A stretch of DNA of 64,000 bases from an uncultured Phycisphaerales bacterium (GCA_963772725.1 CAVYYI010000001.1:704001-768000), one strand, 5' to 3'; shown: positions 45,428 to 56,249, counted from the stretch's first letter. Numbers and translations are program-made. The notes: generated by a model from the sequence alone, not told the origin.

Positions 45428-45498
45428 ACCACTAAGATACAAAGACACTAAGTTTTTTATAATTATATTTTTTCTTTGTGCCTTAGTGCCTTCGTGGT
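45428..45498. repeat. inverted 9-mer arrays with no gene between them
   Basis: ACCACTAAGATACAAAGACACTAAG ... CTTTGTGCCTTAGTGCCTTCGTGGT. Confidence 0.6.
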
Positions 45499-45566
45499 TG
45501 CCTTTAAATCCAAAATTCTTACGAAAAGGCTAACGATATTATGATAAAAAGTCAAGGATTTTGCTT

Positions 45567-47357
45567 TTACTGTTTGCTCGTAACGTAGATGACCTGCTCG
45601 GCGAAGAGGTTGGGGGCTACTTTGACCGGGCTGAGCCTGTTGCCTATCAGTGGAATTCTTTTTTCGATTTTCACGCCGAGTTTTTCGCAGAAACTTTCAA
45701 AATCCTTAAGCGATAGGCAATGAATATTCGGAGAATCGTGCCACTGGTAAGGGAGTTGTTTAGTTACCGGTGCTTTGCCGGAAATGAAAAGTTGGGCCCT
45801 ATTTCGCCAATAAGCAAAATTTGGGAAGCTGATAATGACTTTCCTGCCTACTCGCAACAGTTCGCTGAAAACTTTTTCCGTATTCTTTATCGTTTGAACG
45901 GTTTGAGAAAGTATTACATAATCGAAGCTTTTATCCTCGCGGACTTCCAGACCATGTTCGATATCATGCTGGATTATCGGGATACCCCTTGCTATGCACG
46001 CAATCACCAGGTCCTGTTCGAGTTCGATGCCTCTGCCGATAATGTTTTTGTCGCGTATAAGATTTGCCAGCAGTTCCCCGTCTCCGCAGCCGATATCCAA
46101 TACCCTGCTGTCGGGGGTTATCAGTGACTCAATCAGGTCATAATCAACGCGCGAGCGAAGATGGTATCTGCCGTCTCTTATCTGGTCCTTATCCGGCGCA
46201 GAGGCATTAACCGCTCCCGGCGAATAGGTTGAATCGAGAAATCCAGATATGAGCGAGCCGAGAACTTCAGGTTCGAGCAAAAACGCATCATGCCCATAGG
46301 GCGAAGCTATATTGCAGTAGCTGACATCCTTTTTGTCGGCAACTAGCGCATTAACTATCGCCTTCGATTGAGCGGGCGTAAAAAGCCAGTCGCTCGCGAA
46401 ACTAATGACGAGAAATCTGCTTTTGGCATTCGCGAAAGCCTTATCCATTGAGCCGTAATCTTTTGTGAGGTCGAAATAATCTATCGCCTTGGTAATATAT
46501 AGATAACTGTTGGCGTCGAATCTTTCCACGAAACTTTGCCCCTGATAATCCAGGTATGTCTCAACGGCGAATTCCGAATTAAAGTCGTAACTGTAACGGT
46601 CTTTGCTTCTGAGCTGCCTGCCGAATTTTTCACGCATACTCTCTTCGGACAGGTATGTTATATGGCCAATCATTCTCGCCATGGCCAGACCTCTATCAGG
46701 GCCGTTTCCATTACCGTATTTTCCCTCGGCAAAATTAGGGTCAGCTAATATGGCGTTTCGTCCGACAGCGTCAAAAGCTATGGATTGTGCGCTTAGATGG
46801 CCGGTTGTGGCTATGGGAATCGCCGTTTTGACAAAATCTGGATATTCAATCGCCCATTGCAGAACCTGCATACCGCCCATAGAGCCGCCGATAACCGCCA
46901 GAAGCTTTTTAATACCAAGTTTATCCAGCAGCAGCTTTTGGACTTTGACCATATCGGCTATTGTTATCATCGGGAAATCAAGGCCGTAAGGTCTGTTTGT
47001 AGCGGGATTTATCGAGCAGGGGCCTGTTGTCCCGCTGCATCCGCCGAGGAAGTTTGAGCAGATTACAAAGTATTTATTTGTGTCAATTCCCTTGCCAGGT
47101 CCGACCATAATGTCCCACCAGCCGGGTTTTTTGTCATCAGGACTATTATAGCCAGCAACATGGGCGTCGCCGCTAAGGGCGTGACAAATCAGGATTGCGT
47201 TATTCCCTCTGTCGCTAAGTCTGCCATATGTTTCATAAGCGACATCAATCGGGGCAATCTTTTTCCCGCACGCCAGTTCCAGCGGATTGGCTGCTTCAAC
47301 GACCCGTATCGTTTCTGTTTTGACTATACCTGCCGAATTTTTTTCTGTTTTTGCCAT
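45567..47357 (-). CDS. metX: homoserine O-acetyltransferase fused to a MetW methyltransferase-like domain
   Basis: CHALSG, GGSMGG, RFDANSY and GHDAFL, followed in the same ORF by [10 protein letters not shown]...SFPNF...[12 protein letters not shown]. Confidence 0.92.
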   Translation of the reverse strand: MAKTEKNSAGIVKTETIRVVEAANPLELACGKKIAPIDVAYETYGRLSDRGNNAILICHALSGDAHVAGYNSPDDKKPGWWDIMVGPGKGIDTNKYFVICSNFLGGCSGTTGPCSINPATNRPYGLDFPMITIADMVKVQKLLLDKLGIKKLLAVIGGSMGGMQVLQWAIEYPDFVKTAIPIATTGHLSAQSIAFDAVGRNAILADPNFAEGKYGNGNGPDRGLAMARMIGHITYLSEESMREKFGRQLRSKDRYSYDFNSEFAVETYLDYQGQSFVERFDANSYLYITKAIDYFDLTKDYGSMDKAFANAKSRFLVISFASDWLFTPAQSKAIVNALVADKKDVSYCNIASPYGHDAFLLEPEVLGSLISGFLDSTYSPGAVNASAPDKDQIRDGRYHLRSRVDYDLIESLITPDSRVLDIGCGDGELLANLIRDKNIIGRGIELEQDLVIACIARGIPIIQHDIEHGLEVREDKSFDYVILSQTVQTIKNTEKVFSELLRVGRKVIISFPNFAYWRNRAQLFISGKAPVTKQLPYQWHDSPNIHCLSLKDFESFCEKLGVKIEKRIPLIGNRLSPVKVAPNLFAEQVIYVTSKQ

Positions 47358-47434
47358 CGTGAAAAATCAAGTATATCTAAAAAATATCCAAATGTAAAGA
47401 ACCCTGGCCGATGAAAATTTAACCAGAAATTTAA

Positions 47435-48970
47435 GTAATGGGTCAGTTATGGGTGGGAGATATTGATTTTGCTGTAAGTATTAAGGTGCTCAAGTTTATG
47501 GCGTAGGATTTCCGATAAAATCCACAGTTTGATGAGATAAGACAAACAAATCGGGAATAAACGCAGATGATTTACTGTCAGCAATGCCTTGAAAAACAAC
47601 GTAAAATCGATGAGCTTCAGGAACAGATAGTTTCACTCAAGGCAAAATTACGACACAAGGAAAGGACAGCCAAAGAAGGTTTTTTCGGCTCATCCACGCC
47701 ATCCGCTAAAATTCCCATTAAGCCGAATTGTCAGATAGAACACACAAATAATTGCGGCGGAGGCAGAACAGGTCATAAAGGTCACGGCAGAACCGGTGTC
47801 TGTGAAAAAGATGCGGACTATGTGCAAAGGGTTGAGGCAGCCGATATATGCCCTGATTGCGGAAGCGTTTTGGAGAACAAAGGCACAAGACAACGAGCGG
47901 TAATTGATTGCCAGCCTGTTAAGATAAAAAAGCTTCTGTATAATTTGGAACGCAAGTATTGTCCGCGATGCCAAAAGGTAGTTGCCGCCAAACCTCCTGG
48001 TGTTCTGCCAAAGTGTTTATATTCGAATAATCTGCTTGTCTATGTGGCAGTACAGCACTATATCTATGGCAATACACTGGGTCAGATAGAAAAACAAACA
48101 GGCATCGGCTACAGCAGTATAGTTGACGCTTTGCACCAGTTGGCAGGGATATTGAAAGATGTTCCCAAATCACTCATAGAAGACTATCGCAAGGCCGCTG
48201 TTAAGCACGCTGATGAGACTGGTTGGCGGACAGACGGCCAGAACGGTTTCTCGTGGCTGTTTTGCACGCCTGATATTAGTATCTTTCGATTCCGCTCCAG
48301 CCGTTCTGCCCGTGTAGCCAAAGAGGTTTTTGGCGAAAAGCCCTTGCCGGGTGTTCTGGTTGTGGATCGCTATAACGGCTACAATAGGATGCCTTGTAAG
48401 ATTCAATATTGTTATGCACATCTATTGCGTAATGTTAAGGATTTGGAAAAAGATTTTCCCGAAAACATGGAAATCAGGTCTTTCGTTGAAGCGTTGGTCT
48501 CCCAGTTGGCTAATGCAATCAGCCTTCGCACATTAGATATAACAGACCGACAGTTTAAGCGGCAGGCAGCTAAAATTAAGAGAGCCATCATCGATATTGT
48601 TAATCACCATGCCAACCATCCGGCCATCCAGAATATGCAGGATATTTTTCGTGAAAAGGCCGATAGGCTTTACCACTGGGCCGATGACCGTAAGGTACCG
48701 GCAGATAACAATTTGGCTGAACGGGAACTGCGTCCGCTTGTTATTGCCAGAAAGATAAGTTTCGGCTCTCAATCTGAAGATGGGGCAAAAACGCGTGAGA
48801 TTCTTATGACGGTATTACATACTATGCGAAAAAGATGTCCGGATGTTGTTGATGCCTTCAAGTCTGCACTCAACAAACTTGCCGAACAGCCTGATATAGA
48901 CCTTTCCAAAGTTCTCTTCCGTGCCGACTCATCATAACCTGCACCTGCCCACCCATAACTGACCCATTAC
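47435..48970 (+). mobile_element. single-ORF IS66-family element (ISBst12-like), 1536 bp
   Basis: Perfect 23-bp TIR GTAATGGGTCAGTTATGGGTGGG; 8-bp direct repeat AAATTTAA. Confidence 0.92.
47567..48937 (+). CDS. IS66-family transposase (intact)
   Basis: GHKGHGR, CPDCG, HADETGW, QYCYAHLLR and DNNLAERELR. Confidence 0.92.
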   Translation: MIYCQQCLEKQRKIDELQEQIVSLKAKLRHKERTAKEGFFGSSTPSAKIPIKPNCQIEHTNNCGGGRTGHKGHGRTGVCEKDADYVQRVEAADICPDCGSVLENKGTRQRAVIDCQPVKIKKLLYNLERKYCPRCQKVVAAKPPGVLPKCLYSNNLLVYVAVQHYIYGNTLGQIEKQTGIGYSSIVDALHQLAGILKDVPKSLIEDYRKAAVKHADETGWRTDGQNGFSWLFCTPDISIFRFRSSRSARVAKEVFGEKPLPGVLVVDRYNGYNRMPCKIQYCYAHLLRNVKDLEKDFPENMEIRSFVEALVSQLANAISLRTLDITDRQFKRQAAKIKRAIIDIVNHHANHPAIQNMQDIFREKADRLYHWADDRKVPADNNLAERELRPLVIARKISFGSQSEDGAKTREILMTVLHTMRKRCPDVVDAFKSALNKLAEQPDIDLSKVLFRADSS

Positions 48971-48989
48971 AAATTTAACCAGAAATCTC

Positions 48990-49018
48990 TTGACATACGA
49001 TAAAATCTTTCCTTTAAT
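48990..49018 (+). promoter_or_regulatory. sigma70 promoter for the small basic protein gene
   Basis: TTGACA-17 bp-TTTAAT. Confidence 0.5.
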
Positions 49019-49096
49019 TATATATAATGGGGTGACACAGAAGTTGTTTAAAGCTATAATAAGTTAAAAGCATCCATTTTATAAAGGGGCAGAACT

Positions 49097-49291
49097 ATGG
49101 CAAAAAAGAAAATGCTTACAAGAGGCACGTGGCTGGCAGGTGACCTTAAAACACTCAAGAATCTTTTTCCGAACAATCCGACAGCCAGAATCGCTGCAAA
49201 GCTCGGCCGTCCGGTTGACGCTGTGAAAAAGAAAGCATCCAGAATGGGACTTGTCAAGTCCGCGAAATATATGAAGACTCTCGGCAGATAG
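49097..49291 (+). CDS. small basic HTH-like protein (64 aa)
   Basis: AAGGGG RBS; W...DLKTLK.LFP....A.IA.KLGR...AV..KA.RMGL pattern. Confidence 0.7.
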   Translation: MAKKKMLTRGTWLAGDLKTLKNLFPNNPTARIAAKLGRPVDAVKKKASRMGLVKSAKYMKTLGR

Positions 49292-49294
49292 CAG

Positions 49295-49756
49295 TTAAAG
49301 CGTGAGTTCTTCGGAAATCTGCGAAAGGTAGTCTTCGATTTTTGCGGAAAGTGTTTCGCTGATTTTTTGGCCAAGCGCGACAACTTCCGGTTCGATGCCA
49401 AAAATGACAATCCGCTCAGGACATTGCCCGAGCTGCTTTGCCATCTTGACAACACGGAGTATATCTATCTCGTGCAGTGAGAAGTGCGTTAGTTTTTTTA
49501 CGCTTTTGGCCTGGTCGGGGGGAATTTTATTATTGTTCCAGGTGGAGTCCCCATATATGCGAGATCAATTAAAACAGCCTTTCGTCTGCCTTCAATAAGA
49601 TGCAGCAGCGACATACCCCCTGTGCCTGCGTCCAGAAATTCAACATCCGGATATTTATCAGCTTGTTTAAGAAGTCTCTCAATGATAAATCCGCCGATAC
49701 CCTCATCAGACATCAGCGGATTGCCAAGCCCCAAAACAACGATATCTTTTTTTCAT
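49295..49756 (-). CDS. hydrogenase maturation protease (frameshifted)
   Basis: GLGNPLMSDEGIG, FLDAGTGG and SLHE motifs; last gene of the hydrogenase operon. Confidence 0.85.
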
Positions 49757-51075
49757 TTATTTTACAAATTTCACATTGAGATGTGCGTCGAGCAGGAAAT
49801 GCACGGGTCGTACGAGCGAACGAGCATTTCCATTTTCTGCCGCACGGCATCTTGCCCTCGTCCATTATTTCCGGCACGAACTTTTCAAAATCCTTCTGGA
49901 TATTGGCGTGGTTCTGGTTCGTCGGGATACACATGTCGGCCGCCATGCAATCGCCCTTTTTGTCGAATTCGTAGGTGTGGAACAGTATTCCGCGCGGCGC
50001 TTCGACACAGCCCGAACCTCTGCCGGCCTTGGGCTTGACCTTTACCTTTTCTTTCTTGAGGCCTTTTGTCAGGAGCTTATCGATCATCTGAATACTTGTC
50101 TTCGACGACATGGACGGCCTCGACAAGCTGGGCAACGCTGTTCATAAACGGATTGCAGCAGCCTTTTTTAAGCCCGAACGTCTTGGCAAGCTGCCTTGCG
50201 CCAGCGGCGAAAGCAGATCGGCGTTATTGTTAAATCTTGCCAGTGCGCCGACCGCATACGCATCACGATGCCACTTTGGCCTATTTGGCCGTCGATTGCG
50301 GCACGACATATTCATTGGCCACCTTCTCCCACTTGTTCACCGGCACGGTTTTGCCTTTGGCATCGGTGGAAGTTATATCGCCGTGATAGAATGTATAGGT
50401 TGGCGGGTTCTTCTGCTTCAGCGAGACATATTCGGTGTCGCGCTCAAAGGCGGGCAGATTGCCCGCCACGCTGAGCACCACATCGGCAATGCACTTCAGG
50501 TCGGCAACGGTTTCTTTTAAGTTTTTCCTGCAATTCGCGGAACTGCTGTTCGGTCGGGATCATTGTCAAGCCGCCCGACTTTGAGCGTTACCGGATGCGT
50601 TGTGTCTGCCCGCGAGCAGATCGGACCACGTCATTTGCGAGCCGGTGTGTGCGGATAATGGTCTTTACGGCATCCGTCGCCTTTGCGACCAGCGGCACAA
50701 CCGATGGCGCATCGAAAAAATCCGGCGCAACAAGATAGCCGACATGCAGCACATGGCTTTGAAGTTGCTCGGAATAGTGCATCAGTATACGGAGCATATC
50801 CGCCTGCTCGGATACCTTGTACCCCCATCGCAGCTTCAACGGCCTTTGTCGCCGCCAGCGAATGCGTAATCGAGCAGATGCCGCAGATACGGCTGACGAT
50901 AATCTGTATATCCTCGTAACTGTCGCCCGCGCACCATCGCCTCGAAGAACCGCGGCGCCTCGGGCACCTGCCACTCGCATTTTTCGATTTTGCCGTTTTT
51001 GCGCATTAACGACTATATTGCCGTGTCCCTCGACGCGGGTTACATGTTTTACATTTATGTATCTATTTTACTCAT
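49757..51075 (-). CDS. group 3b [NiFe]-hydrogenase large (alpha) subunit, many frameshifts
   Basis: TRVEGHG, L1 SRICGICS, EAPRGILFH and L2 RSYDPCISCSTH read across frames. Confidence 0.85.
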
Positions 51076-51819
51076 CTGTCGGCCTCTGTTTGCTTCCAAA
51101 AAGAACCATTTTGCTCTTTAACTCTTCAACGGTTAAACCATATTTTTCCATCACATCTTTTGCGGCATCCACATTTGGCTTATCAATATAGCCGCGGCAG
51201 CCGAAGCACCTGAATCCCGCCGACGGACATCTCGCCCCGCAGCCGGCCCTGATAATCGGCCCAAGGCAAATCTGCCCATAATCCCACAGGCACAGATTTT
51301 CTTTCGCCTTGCACTCCACGCACACCGGATATTCGGGAATTTCCGGCTTTTTGCCCAGAAGCAGGCAGCGAATCACATAGGTAAATTCCTTCCTGTCCAT
51401 CGGGCAGCCGTGAATCTTGTAATCAACCTTGACAACCTCATCGATCGCCTTTGTCATCGCGGTTTCAAGATGCGGCATATCCGGCTTCTTTGCCATAGAC
51501 GCATTTTTTGACTTCATCAAGGTCAAAATTATTTTTGAGCTTGTTGACGCCGCCGATGGTCGCACAGGCGCCCAGCGCGATCAGAATCTTTGCTCTGCTG
51601 CGGATAATCTCAAAGCCGTTCCTCATCTTCCGGCCGGGTGATCGAGCCTTCGATAATCGCGATATCATAATCGTGGCTTTGTTCGCTCATCGCCTCGCGC
51701 CACTCGACCACATCGACGCCGCCGATCAGATCGAGAATTTCCTCTTCGAGGTTGACGATCTGAAGCTGGCAGCCTTCGCAGCATGCGAAATCAAAAATAG
51801 CTACTCTTGGTTTACTCAT
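51068..51819 (-). CDS. group 3b hydrogenase small (delta) subunit, frameshifted
   Basis: [28 protein letters not shown] and CLGP...GC...CP....C.GCRG. Confidence 0.85.
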
Positions 51820-51820
51820 A

Positions 51821-52666
51821 TTATATTGCCTCCGGCACAACGCCAGATCGGAACAACTGAATACCGGGCCATCCTGACACACATACAAATTATTTATCTG
51901 GCAGTGGCCGCATTTGCCCACGCCGCATTTCATTCTTCTTTCGAGATTGACATAAATATCTTTCCGGCGACACTTCTGCCTCCTGAAGCGCCAACAGCAC
52001 AAACTTATACATCACCGGCGGGCCGCAGATAAATATATCCGCCGTTTGTCAGCTCCGTTTCAATTTTGGGAATCAGCGTCGTAACCACGCCGACATTGCC
52101 GTTCCAGCAGTCGTCAGCCTGGTCAATCGTTTCCATAAAATGTATATCGTCTCTGTGCGACCAGCCGGCCAGTTCCTCACGGAAAAATCTCTGCATTAAT
52201 GACACTTTGTTCCCTGCAGAATCGTCACCTCGCCGTAATCCTTGCGATGATCCAGCACATAATTGATAAACGACCGCTGCGGCACAAGCCCGATGCCGCC
52301 GCAGATGAAAACAAGGTTTTTTCCCTTCGTTTCTTCTACCGGATAAAGCCTTTGCCGAAACGGCCCGCGGATGCCGACCTTGTCGCCGGCTTTCATCTTG
52401 TGGATCGCCGTTCGTCACATTGCCGACATTGCGGATCACCAGCTCGAAGCCGCCTTTCTGTGTCGGCGAGGACGAGATTGAAATCGGCGCCTCGCCCAAG
52501 CCCGCGACCGACACTTCCACAAACTGGCCCGGCTCATAATCGAAACTCGCCAGAATCAAGCGAAAGCTTGCATATACATCTCCGTGCCGTTCATCATCCG
52601 GCCTTGCTTTATCGTCGCCATCTCCGGCAGATAAATATCTTTTTCTGTACCGCAACATTCACACAT
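51821..52666 (-). CDS. group 3b hydrogenase gamma subunit (FAD/NAD(P)-binding), frameshifted
   Basis: [23 protein letters not shown] and [14 protein letters not shown]...CQDGPVF. Confidence 0.85.
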
Positions 52667-52709
52667 TATTGTATAACTCCTTATGTTTAAACCGGGTTCG
52701 GTCAAAATA

Positions 52710-53743
52710 TTATTTAACCCTAAATCCTCGACAAGCCTGTTATAAACATTCACCGGATTGGCGATATCCGGCACACACGCCCCCACGCATCTGCCGCAGC
52801 CCACACAGGCAATCTCGCTGTCTATCTTTGCTGGCACATATTTGCCTTTGCGATAAAGCCGATGGCGGAATCGGTCGGCCTTTTCTTTCTGAATTCGTGT
52901 CGCCCGCCACTTTCGTAAACCCATCGAGCAGGCAGCCATCCCATACCCGCTGGCGTTTGCCGGTCTTCAAGTCCCAGTTCACATCATCCTGCACATCGAA
53001 AGCAGTAGCATGTCGGACACACCTGGTTGCACGAGCCGCAGGAAAAACACGTCTTTGCCTTTTCTTCCCACACCGGATGATTATATGCCTTTTCCAGCAA
53101 GGCCGGTATATCCGAAGGCTTGCAGTTGAGATGATGCTTATTCAGCGATTTTTCATTTTTCTGCCACACCGCTTCACGTTTTTTCAAATCGTCTTCTGTC
53201 GCATCCACGCGCTTCGGCGCTTTCGCCAGAAGCTCCTCGCCTTTTGCCGTGGCCGCATCGGCAAGATAGCCCCGCCGATATCGGTCAGAAGAATATCATA
53301 GCCGTCTTTTCACTGTGGCCGTTCCCATCGACGACGCAAACACATTCTTCGACGGCTTGCCACATCGCACGCGATGATCGTCGCGGCCTTGCGCCGTGCC
53401 ATATAGTGCGTATCATATTCATCCTGGCGAAAAGCTTATCCATCTGGTTGATGGCGATCATATCATACGGATGCACACCGAGAAGGATAAAACTCTCGCA
53501 GGCATGTTGAGACTTGTAACCGTCTTTAACCTCGAAAGTTACCAGCGTTTCAACCGGAGGCTGAAAAAACGTCTTTGGCGGCTGAAGTGTAACATCATAA
53601 TCAAGCCGTAAATCCTTCGCTGAAGTAAGGGGGGCAAAATGAAACCTGTCGCCCTTAGCCTGCACACCGATTACTTTTTCGCTTTTTATAAGAGAATCGA
53701 CAAGATTTGCCAGACTCTCTTTAGTTAACTTCTTTATGCTCAT
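52710..53743 (-). CDS. group 3b hydrogenase beta subunit (4Fe-4S), frameshifted
   Basis: PPKTFF, CFSCGSCNQVCPTCYCF, WDGC, RFRHR and CVGCGRCVGAC. Confidence 0.85.
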
Positions 53744-53804
53744 TTTTTCTATCCTGCTTAAAATTCCTTAAGAATAGCATTTTAAAACCAGATATAAGTT
53801 TTTA

Positions 53805-53822
53805 TTGTGAAAATAATCACAA
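53805..53822. promoter_or_regulatory. palindromic operator (Rex-like or Crp/Fnr-like) upstream of the hydrogenase operon
   Basis: TTGTGAAAATAATCACAA: one mismatch to Rex TTGTGAAN4TTCACAA, exact TGTGA-N6-TCACA. Confidence 0.65.
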
Positions 53823-53829
53823 AAAATTA

Positions 53830-53858
53830 AGTTTACCTTTCTGAGGTTTAATTATCAA
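53830..53858 (-). promoter_or_regulatory. sigma70-type promoter of the hydrogenase operon
   Basis: TTGATA-17 bp-TAAACT on the minus strand, immediately upstream of the palindrome. Confidence 0.5.
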
Positions 53859-53992
53859 GGGAAAATCCTGCTGTTTTCTTTTCTTTTTTTGCTATTATCA
53901 ATCAGAGATGAAAACCGCACCCAATCAAACATTGGAATTGTCAAATTTTCTTATTATGGTATGATTTATGAAAGATTATTGAGGATGATTTT

Positions 53993-54571
53993 ATGTCTAA
54001 AAAAATTCTTCTGCTTTGCACAAGCCCTAAAAAAGACGGAAACACCGCTTTGCTGGCTGAATGGTTCAGCCAGGGAGCCCGCGCAAAAGGTGCGGACGTC
54101 GAAATTGTCCGCACATCGCTTTTGAAATATAAAACAAACGGCTGCATTTCCTGCCGGATGTGCCAGAAAAGCGATAAATACCAGTGTTGTATCGATGACG
54201 ATGCAAGGCCGGTTTTAGCCAAAATGGCCGAAGTAGGTGTGATTGTTTTCGCTACACCGCTTTATTTTTTCGGCCCAAGCGCACAGCTTAAACTCATTTT
54301 CGACAGGATGTTTTCGCTTTATAAATGGGACAACGACGCCGGAACGATGGAAACACCCTTAAAAGGCAAAACGCTTGTTCTCCTGGCCAGCGCCTATGAA
54401 GATATCGGTCTTGACGCCCTTGAAAAACCTTTTGCGATAACAGCCCAATATTCCGGCATGAAATTTGAATCTATTCTTGTGGCCAACGCAGGTGTTTCGG
54501 GCGAGATTGCGGCAAAACGACCCGATATACGCGAGAAGGTTATATCTCTGGGAATCAATATGGCAAAATAA
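53993..54571 (+). CDS. flavodoxin-fold NADPH-dependent FMN reductase / iron-sulfur flavoprotein
   Basis: SPKKDGNT, GCISCRMC....C..DD and ATPLYF motifs. Confidence 0.85.
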   Translation: MSKKILLLCTSPKKDGNTALLAEWFSQGARAKGADVEIVRTSLLKYKTNGCISCRMCQKSDKYQCCIDDDARPVLAKMAEVGVIVFATPLYFFGPSAQLKLIFDRMFSLYKWDNDAGTMETPLKGKTLVLLASAYEDIGLDALEKPFAITAQYSGMKFESILVANAGVSGEIAAKRPDIREKVISLGINMAK

Positions 54572-54622
54572 CAAAGATATTGACAGTAACCACAAAAATC
54601 TTATAGACTCTATGAAGATTTC

Positions 54623-54694
54623 GCGGGCGTAACTCAGCGGTAGAGCGTCAGCTTCCCAAGCTGAAAGTCGTGGGTTCGAATCCCATCGCCCGCT
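54623..54694 (+). tRNA. tRNA-Gly (CCC), CCA not encoded
   Basis: Acceptor stem GCGGGCG/CGCCCGC, anticodon arm TCAGC-TTCCCAA-GCTGA, T-loop GGTTCGAATCC; TTGACA at 54580. Confidence 0.95.
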
Positions 54695-54709
54695 GTTAAA
54701 TTGAAAAAA

Positions 54710-54737
54710 TAGCGTATGGCGTACAGCGTATAGCGTG
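54710..54737 (+). repeat. heptamer array (AGCGTAT-like)
   Basis: TAGCGTATGGCGTACAGCGTATAGCGTG; inverse orientation of the TACGCAA-type arrays at 55891-55936 and 58077-58110. Confidence 0.6.
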
Positions 54738-54830
54738 CAGATTTGTAAAAGCAAAAAGTAAAAAGAAAATATGCGGATTTAAGGCGCCTCTGTCTTTTTA
54801 TCCGTCAAATATGAAGCTTGATATGCGGCA

Positions 54831-55031
54831 TATCAAGTTCACATCGGCCAAATGCAAGTTTACAGCGGCATGCTGCTGATTTACAGCGATTCAATGTAAA
54901 TCAACACCGGCACAATGCCAATTTACATCGCTAAACTGAAAATTTGCTTTAACCCAGTGTAAATCCGCAATGGCCTGATGTAAATTTACATCGCTGCAAT
55001 GTAAATTATCATCGGGGCAATGTGAATATCG
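54831..55031. repeat. degenerate 21-bp tandem array (about 9.5 units) with palindromic core ATGTAAATTTACAT
   Basis: Units start at 54831, 54852, 54873, 54894, 54915, 54936, 54957, 54978, 54999 and 55020, an exact 21-nt period. Confidence 0.75.
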
Positions 55032-55251
55032 TTTTTGAGATTTTAAGCATCGAAAAGGTGTTTTTAAGTCCTTTATATTAAATAAGTTATGTATTTTATG
55101 CTGTTTTAAGTGTTTAAATTCCCTGTTTTTTTGTTAAGGCATATCCATAATCTTCCGAAAGCACAGGTAAATATTTGAATTTTGGTTATTTGAGATTGTT
55201 TCGGATTTCGTTATTCGGATTTTATAATATTTTTAAATAAGGGGGTTAATT

Positions 55252-55866
55252 ATGTGCCAGTTGCCAAGAACCCAGCCAAAGTCAATAGCATTAACAGAAC
55301 AGATGATTTTCGGTTTTACCGAATACCCAGATACTTTTCCATCGGCGGATATTGAAAAGCTGCAAAATATGCTCGAAAGCTTTAATCAGGCCAAAAAAGA
55401 ATTTAACGATTGCCTGTCTCTTTATAAACAGGCAGGAGAAAAGCAGAAACAGGCCTTCGAGGACTTAAAAGGCGTGATAGCCAATCAGGTAAAAACCGCT
55501 CAGGTCGATACGGCGGATAATCCTGTCAAACTCGGCCTTATCGGCTTTGGCGCAAGAAGAAAGAGAACCTCTGTCAATCTGCCCGCCCAGCCGGAACTTC
55601 TAAGGGCAGAATCTCTTGCCGCAGGCGTAGTAAAGCTGCAATGGCAAAAGATTTTAAAGCCGGGTTGCGGCCCTGTGAGAAGCTTTATTATCGAATCGAG
55701 AATAATAAACGGCAGTATCGGCAACTGGCTTTTGGCGGGGATGTCCTTCAACTGCGAAACAGTCTTAAAAGACCAGCCGACAGGGGTGAAACTGGAATAC
55801 CGGATAATCGCCGCGAATCATTCAGGAAAAAGCTGCGCAAGCAATACAATGGCAATCATCTTGTGA
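55252..55866 (+). CDS. protein with helical N-terminus and C-terminal fibronectin type III-like domain
   Basis: AAGGGGG RBS; PAQP..L.......V.LQW...SFIIE....W...QPTGVKLEYRIIAAN..G.S..SN pattern. Confidence 0.75.
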   Translation: MCQLPRTQPKSIALTEQMIFGFTEYPDTFPSADIEKLQNMLESFNQAKKEFNDCLSLYKQAGEKQKQAFEDLKGVIANQVKTAQVDTADNPVKLGLIGFGARRKRTSVNLPAQPELLRAESLAAGVVKLQWQKILKPGCGPVRSFIIESRIINGSIGNWLLAGMSFNCETVLKDQPTGVKLEYRIIAANHSGKSCASNTMAIIL

Positions 55867-55890
55867 AGCGTATTTTGTGAAGCGTCAAAT

Positions 55891-55936
55891 GACGCTATAC
55901 CCACGACGCAATACGCAATACTCATTACGCAGAACG
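55891..55936 (+). repeat. heptamer array (TACGCAA-like)
   Basis: GACGCTATACCCACGACGCAATACGCAATACTCATTACGCAG. Confidence 0.6.
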
Positions 55937-56249
55937 AATTTTTCCCGCAAAGGGGCAAAAGAGGCAAAGATTTTTAGACGGGATTAACCGGATAATCATG
56001 TTATCCTGTCAAAAAAACGTTAAACGCTGCCAAGTAGCTTATCTATTTAAACATCTTTTCGTAAAAATGAGAGATTTTTAAAAAATTCAAATTTTTATGT
56101 CACATTTTATTAAAGAAATACGCCTTTATTGAACAAGGGATATTATGCGAGATTTTGAGAGAATATAAAAAAACTGTGGAGAGACCATAACATCGCAAAA
56201 AGAAATCCTTCAAGATAGAGGAGTAAAAAAATATTTATTTTTTTTAATA

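Noticed and set aside
47358..47434. SAM riboswitch or other leader upstream of metX
   Set aside because: No recognisable SAM-I/II core; only 77 bp of AT-rich sequence before the IS.
54831..55031. CRISPR array
   Set aside because: The period is only 21 nt with 7-nt linkers, the repeats are degenerate, and there are no cas genes in the window.
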